In this document: positions 41,412 through 54,775 of the stretch, one piece after another | Layout: the number at the start of each line of letters is the position of its first letter | How positions within the stretch are numbered: position 1 is the stretch's first letter | Assembly (NCBI RefSeq): GCF_009914755.1 | Contig: NC_060942.1 | Origin: the human T2T-CHM13v2.0 reference genome, Homo sapiens | Reading direction: 5' to 3' (one strand) | DNA: 64,000 nucleotides | Translations under genes and position numbers: made by a program | The notes under the pieces: generated by a model | What the model was told of the DNA's origin: nothing | The model's input: the letters and a program-made list of their open reading frames with translations, nothing else | Database searches by the model: none

Positions 41412-41785
41412 CTGCAAACCCAGAAGTTAATGGTAATGTTCAAACAAACTCAACTCAAACACATACCTATATATCCAACTTTGCTAGGTGGAAAAAACAG
41501 AAGGAAAAAGCCTTATCTCAGACATATACTTAAGTAGTATTTACAAATAAATTATGTATTTGAATTAAAGCCCTAATCTCATTCATGGACTAGGCCTTCT
41601 GTCTGGGTTTCTCTATCAGCAACAGACAATGTCAGGGAATCTGGGAAAAGGAGGCATGAGAAAGCAAACTTCTTGGAAGTGGGACCACAGAGCAATCTGA
41701 ATGGCTTGATGCTGACATAACTTCATTTCCTTTCCTGAGATTGTTTATTCTATAAAAGTGGGATAGCAAACACATTATCTGAATC

Positions 41786-42089
<304 letters not shown>

Positions 42090-42424
42090 AGAACCATGTA
42101 AAAGCCCTCTAAGTCATGTGGCATAACTCTAATTCATTCTTTTTAAATGACTATTTCATAGTCTGTGGGAGTGACGTACCCTCATTTATTCCACCATTCC
42201 TCTATGGATAGGCATTTGCCTACCATTACTTGGTTGTGAATGCTACAATAATCTTCTCTGTACATGCCCTTATATTCTGGTGCTTTCATTATATGGGACA
42301 GATTCCCTGCAATAGAATAGATGTTGCCAGATTGCTCTTCAAAAAGGACTTTTTAAGATCCAGGGAGACAGACTGGAAGTCCTTTGTTTTTGAAAGATAT
42401 TTTAATGGGTATAGAATTCTAGGT

Positions 42425-42730
42425 TTATTTTATTTTATTTTTTTGAGACAGACAGGGTCTCCACTCTATCACCTGGGCTGGAGTGCAGTGACATGTGAAC
42501 ATGGTTCATTGTAGCCTTGACCTCCTGGGTTCAAGCAATCCTCCTGCCTCAGACTCCCAAGTAGCTGGGGTCCATAGGTGTGGCCACCATACCCAGGTAA
42601 TTTTTAAATTTTTTGTAGAGATGGAGTTTCGCTATGTTGCCTAGGCTGATCTCAAACTCCTGGGCTCTAGTGATCCTCTGGCCTCAGCCTCCTAAAGTGC
42701 TGGGATTACAGGTGTGAATGACTGAACAAC
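42425..42730 (-). mobile_element. Alu (AluJ-type)
   Basis: gtagccttgacctcctgggttcaagcaatcc. Confidence 0.9.
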
Positions 42731-42734
42731 CTAT

Positions 42735-43330
42735 TTTTTCCTTTGAGTATTTTATCTCACTTGAATTGCTTTTAAGGAGAAATATGCTGTTATCCTTATC
42801 TTTGTTCTCTTGTATGTAATTTGTCTTTTCCCTTTGGCTGCATTTATGATTTTCTCTATCTTTGATTTTGAACAATCTGATTATGGTGTTTCTTGTTATC
42901 ATTTGTGTTTCTTGTTCCTGGCTTATTAAGCTTATTGGATACGTGGATTTATAGTTCTCATGATTGGTAAACTTTTGAGCCGTTATTTCTTCAAATATTT
43001 GCTAGCCCCTGACCCCTCTTCTCAGACTCCAATTACACATACATTATACCATATGTTGTCCCTCAGGTCACTGATGCTGTTTTCATTATAAATAATTTTT
43101 GTTCTGTGTAACTTTAGATAGCTTCTATTATGTGTTGAAGTTCTCTAGTCTCTTCTTCTGCAATGTCTTAGCCACTAATAATCCAAACCACTGCATTTTT
43201 CATATCAGTGCTTGAAAATCACTGTTTTATATATTTTGTCTGTTGTTTGTCATTGTTGCTCCAGGTGGGTAGATAAATCTGGTCTGTTACTCCATCTTGG
43301 ATGAAATAAAAAGTCCAGTTGATATGTTCC
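42735..43330 (-). mobile_element. Old L1 fragment (ORF1 region, antisense)
   Basis: T-rich: ctttggctgcatttatgattttctctatc, gactccaattacacatac. Confidence 0.6.
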
Positions 43331-43633
43331 CACCAAGTTTTGGCAGCCCTGCCTGGTGCTGACTGAGGTCTGCCCTCAGGTGAAAAGTTGTAAGAACAGA
43401 AAACTCAATGTGGCTCCCTTCTGCCAACTGTAGACACCATTCCAGCTTCTGCCTGCTTTTGACTACTCACCAGTCCTTTAAGACACGTTTTTAAAATTCT
43501 TCCAGAGTACAGAGTATTACCTGCAGAGTCTTGCTCTGGTAAAAGAGATTCTGCCATATTATAAACACAATGTCAATATACGAATTTTTTTTTTTTCAAA
43601 TCTACAATGTCACCGTTTTCAGTTCCTCCCTGA

Positions 43634-44023
<390 letters not shown>

Positions 44024-44049
44024 CTCTTTTTTCTTGATTAAAATTTTTT

Positions 44050-44410
44050 TAAAGTTTTATTTTTTTAATTGACAATTATTTTTAATTGTTTTATTTGACA
44101 AATAATAATTGTATATATTTATATATTGATGGAGAACAACACGCTATTTTAAGATGTATATGCATTGTGGAAAGATCAAATCAGGCTAATTAGCATATCT
44201 ACCACTAGTATTTATCATTTCTTTGCGGTGAGAACATTTAAAATCCTTTCTTTTAGCTATTTTGAAATATACATTATTAGCTATAGTCATTATGCTGTGC
44301 AATAGATCACCAGAACTTATTCCTCCTGTCTCACTGAAACTGTGCCTGTTGACCAACGTTTCCCCTTTCCCTGTCCAGCCTCCCCACCCCAAGCCTCTGG
44401 TAACCACTGC
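44050..44410 (-). mobile_element. L1MA 3' end
   Basis: gtgagaacatttaaaatc...gctgtgcaatagatcaccagaacttattcctcc...ctctggtaaccac. Confidence 0.8.
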
Positions 44411-44989
44411 TGATCTGTTACCTGTTATCTGTGCTGGTTCTCATTCATGGGGTTTTGTGTCCTCATCTGCTGAGTTAATGTCAGTGTGCTTATTATTCCC
44501 TCACAAGTAATTTGTTATTTTTGCCTAGAAGCTTGTAATTTTCTCCACATCAGTATATGCATCAGTGTCTGTGTTTTCTCATCTGTTCAACTTGGGTCTA
44601 GGTGGGCCCTTTCCATCTGCAGAGAGGTGTCTTTTATTAGTATGTATTTACTGCCTTTCCATCTATTTTCTCTTTTTTGAGCACCCATAATTCCAATGGA
44701 AAGTGTCCTGAATCTATTTTCCACTTCTCTTAATTCCTACCTTTTCCCTCATAATTCCCCTCTTTTAAATTTATTCATCTATGCTTTAAGATATTTCTTG
44801 CACTTGATTTTTCAGGCTAACTCAGGTCTCAATAAAATACATATACTCTTCTTCAATTCATGTAGTCAATTGTTTGAGAATCTTTGTTTTTATCCATAGA
44901 AAGTCTTTATGTTGTCTTAAATCTCCTTAAGTATTCTTGTTCTTAGATTTTTATCTGTGTCCTCTAGCAGTTTTATTTCTCTGGTTGTG

Positions 44990-45224
44990 TTTTTTTTTTA
45001 AATAGTGATGGGATCTCACTATTTTGCCCAGGCTAGAGTGTGGTGGCTATTCACAGGTGTGATCACAGCATGCTACAGCCTCAAACTCGTGGGCTCAGGT
45101 GATCAGTGGCGATTTACAGAGGTGATGATAGCACACTACAGCCTCAATCTCCTGGGATCCAGTGATCCTCTTGCCTCAGCCTCACAAGTAGCTAGGAATA
45201 CAGGCTCATGCCACTGCTCCCGGC
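44990..45224 (-). mobile_element. FAM (fossil Alu monomer) with an internal 63-bp tandem duplication
   Basis: FAM/7SL-diagnostic ggctattcacagg; two diverged copies at 45042-45104 and 45105-45167. Confidence 0.75.
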
Positions 45225-46471
45225 TTACTGTGTATTCTATTTTTTGCTGATGATCCTCTCTCTGACTGCTGAGTCCCCTGACAGAAGTCACTGTTTTTCC
45301 ATTTAGGTTTAATGAGACTTAGGTATACTTGTTGTACTATCCTAAAATGCATGAATCTAGCAGGTGTCGGAAGGCCAAGTGGTTTTTATCCCCATTTGTA
45401 TGTGGAACAATGTGATCCCATGAAGCCTCTCTGTTACCTACTCTACCTCTTCTCTTCCAGCCTCAAGAGCAGGGAAGACTTAGCCCACCTATTTGACTAC
45501 TTCACCTTTTAGAGAAGCCCACCCCATACATATAAAGACAGTGAGACCTTTTTCCTACCCCTGGAAATTCCACAAGTCTTTGTGTGACAGGCTCTTTCCA
45601 GGGCCCATCACTGTCTAGCCTCTGCCCCCGAACTTCTCTGGTACTATTCTTCAATTGCTCATCCAATCGGAGGAGAAAGCCTTACATCAGTTTTCTCTGC
45701 CAGGGCTTAGTGAACCCCAAGGTCTTAGTATTGGAGACATTAGTTGCCTATTCACTATTTGTTCTTCCTTTCTTTCTTAATGAAAGCCCAGTTCTGTTCA
45801 AGGAAGCCATACTGCACAACTAAAAGTATTTACCTTCTCAGACCCCTGGCAACCTGGGTTGCCATTTGACTCTTCTAATAGCTATTAGGAGGTGCTGCTG
45901 AGAAAACCATTGTTTTCTTGATCAAAAGGGAGAGATTCTGCAAACAGCCAGGTATTTTGCCCTTTGCCATTTACTCATCTTTTTTCCTGACAGGAAAAGC
46001 CCACCTTCCTCAACCATAAGGATGAAAACCATATCCAAAGCCTGGTGCAGCACAATGCCAGAGGGAGACTTTATCATTGACTTTCTCAAGCAGCGACATC
46101 AGCCTAGTTCCAGATTTCTTGTTATGAGAAAAATAAATTGCTATTTAAACATTGTAACTACATCTGTTATATGCGACCAAACACAACTCTGACTAAGTCC
46201 TCACTTATACCCAGTTGCTCCTAGGTTTTAGCAGCCACTTGACTTATGAGCCATTTCACTCAGAAGTGGCAAAGAGCTTGGAGGTAAAAATGGAGAGGAA
46301 AGGAGCTGTATTTAGATTGTCATGTTCCCTGAATCCTCTTGATACTGAAATGTTGAGTGAGGTTTAATCTTTAACATTCATTCATGCACCAAGATTCATT
46401 AAGTACCTACTATGCGCCAGGCATGGAGCTGGATGCTGGAAACAAAGATACCAACCTTGGTATCTTCCTAC

Positions 46472-46600
46472 CTTCATGTGTATCGTCCTCCAGGTCTGCC
46501 AGAGTGGGTGCATTAGGAAGTGAATACATGGAAGACTGGGTGAGCTGAGTCAGTTTTGAGATGCTGTTAATTGCCATGCTTCCCAGTGGAATGATGTGCT
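46472..46600 (-). CDS. TPGS2: TPGS2 exon 4 (EHIIPLGSMAINSISKLTQLTQSSMYSLPNAPTLADLEDDTHE)
   Basis: Acceptor ttcccctAG, donor GTagga. 129 nt, phase 1-1. Not in the ORF track. Confidence 0.93.
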
Positions 46601-47669
46601 CTAGGGGAACATGCGTTAAGGAGAATTACATGGAGTAACAGCCTAGTTACAATGGTTATCATGAGATTCTGCTTGAATAACCTAAGCCCAGGTATTGTTT
46701 CGCCCCATGGCTGACGAATCTGATGGAAGGTGGGAAGAAGAGGATTACTCACTGCATATTCCAAAGTACCAACCTTTCATACAAAAAAAGGAACTGGGGG
46801 CCACGGGTGATGAAGAGCCCCCATTGTATGTATTAGGGTAGAGTGGAAGAAAAATTTCAAAGGGAATACCAACAAAGAACTGGGAAATCTGGGCTTTGGG
46901 ACATTTGAAGGGTAAAGGACATTAAAATGTTTTTGCTCCCTCTTTCCTTTGTTTAGCAAGTATTCTGCATAAACATTTTCTGAAGGAGTAATAGCTTTGA
47001 TTATATAATGGACCCCTTCTATTCTTCTTGTTATAAGCTTTCATGATTAAAAAAAAAAATTCCCCCCTTCTCTTTATCATTTTCCCTTACTCAGTGATGA
47101 GAATTTGGCAGTCTTCTTGCTTGGTTCTAGTCTTCTGTGATTAGGGTGTAAATACGGACTAGGAAGCTGCATGTTTTCTTTATTTGCTGAAAAAACTGGA
47201 ATGGTTTAAAGCAATAAAACAACCTGTGTAAAGACCATGGAATGTCTAAGAATAAAAGACCACTAAAGAGGCAAACATCAGAAGATGCCTCTGCTGCCTT
47301 TTCTGTCTCTGACTTAGGCTGTTCAGTATATCATGGGTATGGAAATGGGGATAAGAAGACTGGGCTTGGGGAGATTAAATTAGAGAGGGTATTGCAATAA
47401 TGAACTGGGACTCATTCATAAAATTTTATTCTCTGAAGCAGGCATATAAAGGGGCTAGCCTGTTGCAAGGATGTGGGCCAGGGAAAGTCTGTCAGTTGGT
47501 TTAGTCTCTGTCCCCTCTCTGTTGCTCCAGACACCAAAAGCCACGGCCATGCTATAAAAGAAGGTTCTGATGCTGGTGACAAGGATGGTTTCTAAGCCAA
47601 AGGAGGAAATGATTCTAAGATAAAAGCTAATGTTCAATATTCACTAGCAAGCTATAAAAAAGTACCTCT

Positions 47670-48027
<358 letters not shown>

Positions 48028-48947
48028 TCACCCAAACAGAACTCAGGTGTGTAGGTAGAAGGCCGAGGCAACAAAGGGGAGAAGTCTGCTCTGTAGATTT
48101 GCAGTACAACAGAAGTCACTGCATTTTTAGGGACAGCAGTGGGGAAATGTAGGGTACTTCCCAAGGCCAAAGTAGATCTGGTTGGAGTCAGAGACAATAA
48201 TGGACTGGAGGGGAGGAACTGGAGGGGAGGGGCTGGGGAATCTGTGCCACGAACGGGCTGGGCTCCTGTGGCTGGACAGGGTTTTCTAGACTATGAAATG
48301 TTTTCAAGAGTCTTCACCTAAATGTTCAGCACTGCCTTTTATGCCTACATAGTACCTACAATCTGACATGTACAAACTTGTGAGTTCCCACATCCACACA
48401 AAAATGTTTTGTCCTAGACAAAAGATGGCAGCCTGTGAATTGAGGTAGCTGGTGACTTAGGCTGAGGTGATGTGAAGGAGAGAAGTGAAGACTCTGGTTT
48501 GAGGATTAGGGCCCTGAGGTCTTTATGATGGTGGGAATAAAGGAAGAGCCTGAAAGAGATAAGTGGCCCCCTCATAAACACTAGAGACTGTCACTGCCGC
48601 CTACCCTGAGGGGTTTGCTTGGAGGTAGAGCCCTCTGAGGCTTTAAGTTTGAGGTGGCTAGGGTTTTTTATGTAGTAATTAATGGTTTTCTCTACCCTAT
48701 TCCTACAGGAATCCTCTAAATTGAACTTCCAGTTCCATACTGCTAGACTGTCGTGGGATTTGTGGTGGGTGAAGCAATGATGGCATCTGTTAGTTTTGGG
48801 ACATAATCACAGCTTCTGGACATGGCACTTGAGGGGCACCCATGAAAACCATCCAGATTCAAAGACTCAAAAGTCGAAGGGCCCTCAGAGTTGTCCCATT
48901 CAATCTCTCAGCCAGGGAAATGTTCTCCTACAAGGAGGCTGACTCAC

Positions 48948-49035
48948 CATCCAGCTTCACACTCCATGTCATGTGGAAGCCATTGGTCATCAGGTAAAAG
49001 TTCTTCACATCTTCAGGCATCACACAGTTATTCTT
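48948..49035 (-). CDS. TPGS2: TPGS2 exon 3 (KNNCVMPEDVKNFYLMTNGFHMTWSVKLD)
   Basis: Acceptor ttctAG, donor GTgagt. 88 nt, phase 0-1. Confidence 0.93.
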
Positions 49036-49477
49036 CTAGAATCACAAAGCAGCTAAGTGTTAGGTAAGGGCTGGGAAAGAGGGTACAGGGCTATGGCTTA
49101 AGGCACTGGGGACACGTTTAGCATGTTATACGTCCCTGAAATAGGAAGGCTCTGATAGTCACCTACAAAACTCTATTAGAGAGGCACTGGGGTCTTGCAA
49201 GCAGAGTTCCAGTTTGCCTTTTTTTTCTTCAGCAGCTAATGCAAACCAGGTACCTGCTCTGCCATGATAATGCCTCAATGGGCAGCCACCTGGCAAAGGA
49301 GCTCAAAGGGAACAAGCTGAAGAGGAGACAGGGGAACATGGCAAGAGGGGAAGTCCTAGGTAAAGTCTGACAATGTTCAAGCAAAGCAATCACTGCCGTA
49401 CATATCAGACCCATGGTCATATATTATTTTCTGAAACAAATTATTGGACAAATGAGAGCATCTTAAAAGTGAAGAGT

Positions 49478-49807
<330 letters not shown>

Positions 49808-50849
49808 TTAGAAGGTAACCATATATACTCAAATATTTCACATATCCATGGATATGAAATCATCCAAACCGTTGCTGGAGAGAACAAAGAAGAAACTTAG
49901 TATCCCTTCAGGAGATACCAGGAACAAGCCCTACATTCTAAGTAACTCACATCTGTGTGTGTGTATGACCAGTCTTCCCTAGCCAACTCAAATCCCTGGA
50001 ATGTGCAAAGGATGAGTTCTCCAATTCATTTCCTGGGCCCCCTAGAGTGACTTCTTGATGTAGTTACAGAGGCAAAGAGGCAACATGTTAATAACTATCC
50101 AAGCTTGTGGCTTACTGGACCCTTCTGAGATGTGATACCGACAACTGCTTATGTCAGGACTGCATTAGGTCATCCTGTCAGTCAGTTCTAGGTACCCAAT
50201 GCATGGGAAAGCATCATGTAGAAGGACGATTTGAGTTCACTTCCCAACTCTGCCAGTAGCTGAGTGACGAACACATCACTCTGTGAATCTAGGTTCAAGA
50301 ATAAACTCTAAGACTTAATATACAGAACACTGGCAGTACGAGGGGGTGTGAGTTTGACAGGAAGAGAGGAGACTAGGAAATTATTATTATTCACAGCCAC
50401 AGCATCTTCAGGAACTATAGATAAAGAGAAAGCTTCAAGCTTGCCGGAGATTTTAAGCATGTTTTTAGATTATTAAATGGACAACAGCTGTCATTTTAAT
50501 GAAACAGGTTTTAAATTTCTTTTATTTATGAACTAAAATGTATGTTCTGATCAAGTTTTGTTTTTTCTGTGTCCATTATTTAGTACCCAGTCTCATAAAT
50601 GTGAAATTTAAGAGACTCAGACTCCTTGGACTAATTTGTTTTCCTATTATTAGGAGTAATGGGCTTGCTCCTAGTGCCTCCTGTGTGGCCACATTATCTG
50701 TGCTTTCAGAAGAAAAAATGCACTTGCAGAATGCCTTTCTCCCACTCCTAAAACCCTGGTACAGGAAGCCTACAGTTACCAGTGTTCTGCAAGGTCCTTG
50801 CTCCTCTCGTCGCCCCAAAAGGACAGCATTGCTCTGACATTTTGATCAC

Positions 50850-50868
50850 TAGTGCCATCTAGTGGTGA
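50850..50868 (-). promoter_or_regulatory. Candidate CTCF site (reverse)
   Basis: Minus strand reads CACCACTAGATGGCACTA, a full match to the core CCASYAGRKGGCR. Confidence 0.7.
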
Positions 50869-53247
50869 AGACAAGGAAACTACTGTCTATCCGCCTTTCT
50901 TAATGGGGATTCCATGAGATCCAGGCTGAGGGCAGGTGGACTATTTGGCATTGTTCATATGTAAGACAGGCTGAATAATTCCAGTAATTAATAGTAATTA
51001 TAACATTTGTTATGGTATTTATTTCACCCAAGAAATAAGTTTTGGTATTATTTTATACCAATATTTTTTACAATTATACAAAATTCATACAAATAGAAAA
51101 AAATCTGTGAAATCAAATATTTAACACACATTTCAAATACTAATATACATAAAAATATTCAAGTAAACCAAATTCATGAAAAACATCAATCCCTCACTGT
51201 CATTCTAATTTAAACGACTAGCGGCCCTGACTCTGCTGCTTTTTGCTGCAGACCCTTCTGCCCCAAGCACCCCTGGGGCAGTTGCTGGGCCTGCAGTTCT
51301 CCAGCCTTCCTACTGCATGTAGCTCTTCTGAGTGGGGCAAATCCAGGAAGAAAGGTTCACAACCAAAATTTAAATGACCACATACTTGCTTCAGTCCTTT
51401 AAGGTTGGAGAGAAAAGTAAACAACCTCTCCTAATTTTAACGTATCTCACCATTTTTTTTTTCTGGCCAGTGACTCAGTTACTGCCGTTTTAAAATTTCT
51501 GTTCTAACCAACCTGAAAAGAGTTTGCTTTTCCACAGGGAGCAATCTGCCCACATCAGAGGGCTTCTTCCCACACAGATCCATGCCCAGGCTATATTTTG
51601 GGGGGTGTGACAGGAGGGCAGGGAGGAGGAAGATCGGCAGAAAGTGAATGGAGGAGGGTAATATCAGGATTGGAGAGAGGGTCTGGGGAGAAAGCCAACA
51701 AGGGAGAGTAACAACGACTGGTATCTGAACTAACAGCTGATTGCATCAAGATGGTATCTGCAATCTCTAGCCCAGTGGTGATTCTGTCACATAGTTCCTA
51801 ATTTTTAATCTTTCTTTTCTTCTCCTGAGATAATCTACAATGGTTTATTTAAGCTACTTTAGAAAGAGTCCATCACAAGCTCTGTTACTACTTCATCAGA
51901 TGAAGGACCTGAGCCACTTTTTTGTTTTGGAAGCTATCAACAAGATTCCAGAAAACCAATAGCACTGGGCCTCAAGGAAAGGGCTAGGGGCTGTCCATTG
52001 CCTTCTACTCACCTTTTCTACTCCTGGACAATCCTGCACCCCATTATTCCCCTCACTTTTAGAGGCCACTTCCCAACTAGGGAGCAGATGCAGGATCAGG
52101 TCAGCATAGGGCCCAAAGGACAGAAATCAATGTCTCTGTAGGTGCTGGTCCATGCTGAGCTGGCTCTCTGGCTGGTCTGCAACCATGGCCAGGTGAAGAG
52201 CTGCCCAGGACGTCCATCAAGGAGCATGAGAACATTGCTGAAAATTGTGGCAATGAGCACAACGGCATCTCCTGAAACTCTTCTCAGGGAGGACATTCCA
52301 TGAAGTGGAGGAAAACCTGGATGAGCTGTGGAGGGATGGTGTGAGATCCCCAAGAGAATTCCCAAATATATTCTCAAACTCCCACCTTAGGAGAGGTGGA
52401 GGGCTTGGTTAACTGAACCCTTTTGTTTTGTTGAGTAGGGTATGAGAGTTTGGGGCCAGAGCTGCATTGCTTAACAGCCAAAGGAAAGGTAGCATACTTT
52501 TTCCAAAATCCTTTCTCCACAGAACCATTAGTCTCCCTCTAAAAATACGTGAAGAAAAAAATATATAAATATTGGCCTGTCTAGAGGCACCACAAGTCTT
52601 GGTGAAGCTGTGTGTCTGACAGAGCTCATACGAGGCAACCTTCAGAAGAGTAATACCCTCAAGTTTATATAATCATCAAAATTCTACCACTGGGGGAATT
52701 AGTGGGGGAAGCCTTTGCATCTACAGCTGCTCTGCTTCAGAGATGGTGGGTGTGGTAGCCTGAGTCTCAGGAATGCAATTAAGGATTGCTTGTGGAAAAG
52801 AAGTTAGGCAACCTTGGGAAGGCTCGACACTCTTTCTGACTTTTGCGTTTTATCTAATTCACTTACTCATTTCACATTTATTAAGTATCTATTATGGGAT
52901 AAATACTGTGTGGGGCACTAGAAACAGAAAGAGAAATGAGGGAAGGGGCAGAGAAGGCTGTGTCAGACACATGGATTGCTTATTCAAATCCACCTTCCTT
53001 TTTCTCCTTGGCAGAACCTTCATTTTGTCTGAGATGGCAATGTGTCCTATTAAATACTTGTTTTCAGAACCTCCTGCAATTACTGCTGGACATTAAAATG
53101 TAAACACAAGTCCAAAACAGAAGGTTTCTAAGAAAACTTTCACTGTCCTGTTAAAAGGTGACAGATATGCCTGGCCACATCCCTTACCTCTTTTTTGTTT
53201 TTTGAGCTTGGAAATGATAGCTCAGACTGTAGCAGTTATTTTGCCAC

Positions 53248-54087
53248 TATGATATTGTGAAATAAATATTTGGTCTCTGTCCCAGATTCCTGGCATACAA
53301 TTTCTAAAATCCTTGGAATCTCCAAAGTGACATCTTTTTGTGTGCTAAAGAGTTGACAAATGACTGGCATCTCCAAGGTAGCTGCAGGATGGGGGATGAT
53401 CACCAGAACAACCAAGGCAGGCAGTGGGTTGGAACTTTCAGCCCCACCCCCTGACCTCAGGGAGGGAAGAGGGGCTGAAGGGTAAGTTGATTATCAATGG
53501 CCCATGGTTTAATCAATCATGTCTACATAATGAAGCCTCCATAAAAACCCAAAAGACAGAGTTTGAAGAGCTTCCGGACAGCTGAGCACATGGAAGTTCC
53601 TGTAGTGTGGCGTGCTCTCGGATGGCAGGGAAGTTCCACGCCCCTCCCACCACACCTTGCTCTGTGCATCTCTTCATCTGTATCCTTTGTAATAAACCTG
53701 TAAATGTTAAGTAAGTGTTCCTCTGAGTTCTGTGAGCCACTCTAGCAAATTAATTGAACCTGAGGAGGGGGTCATGGGAACCCCAATTTATAGCTGGTGG
53801 GTCAGAAGCACAGGTAAAACAACCTGGGACTTGCAATTGGCATTGGAAGTGAGGGCAGTCTTGTGAGACTGAGCCCTTAACCTATGGGATCTGATGCTAT
53901 CTCCAGGGAGACAGTGTCGGAACTGAACTGGAGGACACCCAGCTGGTATTCACTGCAGAACTGATAGCTTGTTGATGTGTTTGGGAACTCCCCCTTGCAA
54001 CACACACACATTTGGTCATGGAAATTTTCTGTGTTGATTGTTGCGGAGTAACAGGAGAGGAAAAACAGTGTGTGTTTTTTCTACTCA
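53248..54087 (+). mobile_element. MER21-family LTR, nested in an older MLT1-like element (about 52960-54260)
   Basis: tgatattgtgaaataaatatttggtc...gggttggaactttcagccccacc...gcaaattaattgaacctgaggagggggtcatgggaaccc. Confidence 0.8.
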
Positions 54088-54564
54088 GAGGCACCATAAA
54101 GAAAAAGGACAAAATAATTACAGAGATAACGGCTTAACATTGTCAGGACTGATGAACCAACTGCAACTGTCTACCTCAGGACTTGATACATGAAAAATAT
54201 TAATTCCTATTTGCTTAAGCTATTGCTAGTTTATCTTTCCTTAAGCCAAACATATTCCTAATTTAAATAGAGATAAATGTTTAATAGGTAAGTGTTGTGG
54301 AGCTGAAGGGGCAAAGAGAACTAGGAGGGAAGAGCCTGCGAGGAAGGAAAAGATCAAGAGAGTTCTGCTTCTGCATCCAAGGGAGGAGAGGCTAGCAGAG
54401 AAGGGAGTGGCTAACTGTGGGGCATGCAGGAGCCACACCAAGTGAGATGAAGTAAGTCTTTAGCCATGAAGAGGTCCTAGTGATTTTGACAGAATGGTAT
54501 CCAAGAATGGTGATGGCTAAAGAGAGGCTGTGGCAGGATGAATAACTGAGAAATGAAGGAAGGA

Positions 54565-54775
54565 TGGTAATTTGTAAACTATGGCCACTGGATCCACCCT
54601 GTCACCTGTTTTTGTAAAAATGTTTCATTTGAACACAGTCACACACATGCATTTCAGTACTTTTGATGGCTGCTTTCACAGCTACAATGGCAGAAATGAG
54701 TAGTTGTGACAGAGACTGTAACGCCAGAGCATAAACTATCTGGTCCTCTAACGAAAACATTTCCCAACCCCTGGT
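54565..54775. mobile_element. MER58A-like MITE
   Basis: ggctgctttcacagctacaatggcaga...gttgtgacagagac; ends cccaacccctg. Confidence 0.75.

Noticed and set aside
44990-45224. Possible 7SL RNA gene or pseudogene
   Set aside because: Has the ggctattcacagg motif but lacks the 7SL S-domain, so it fits FAM.
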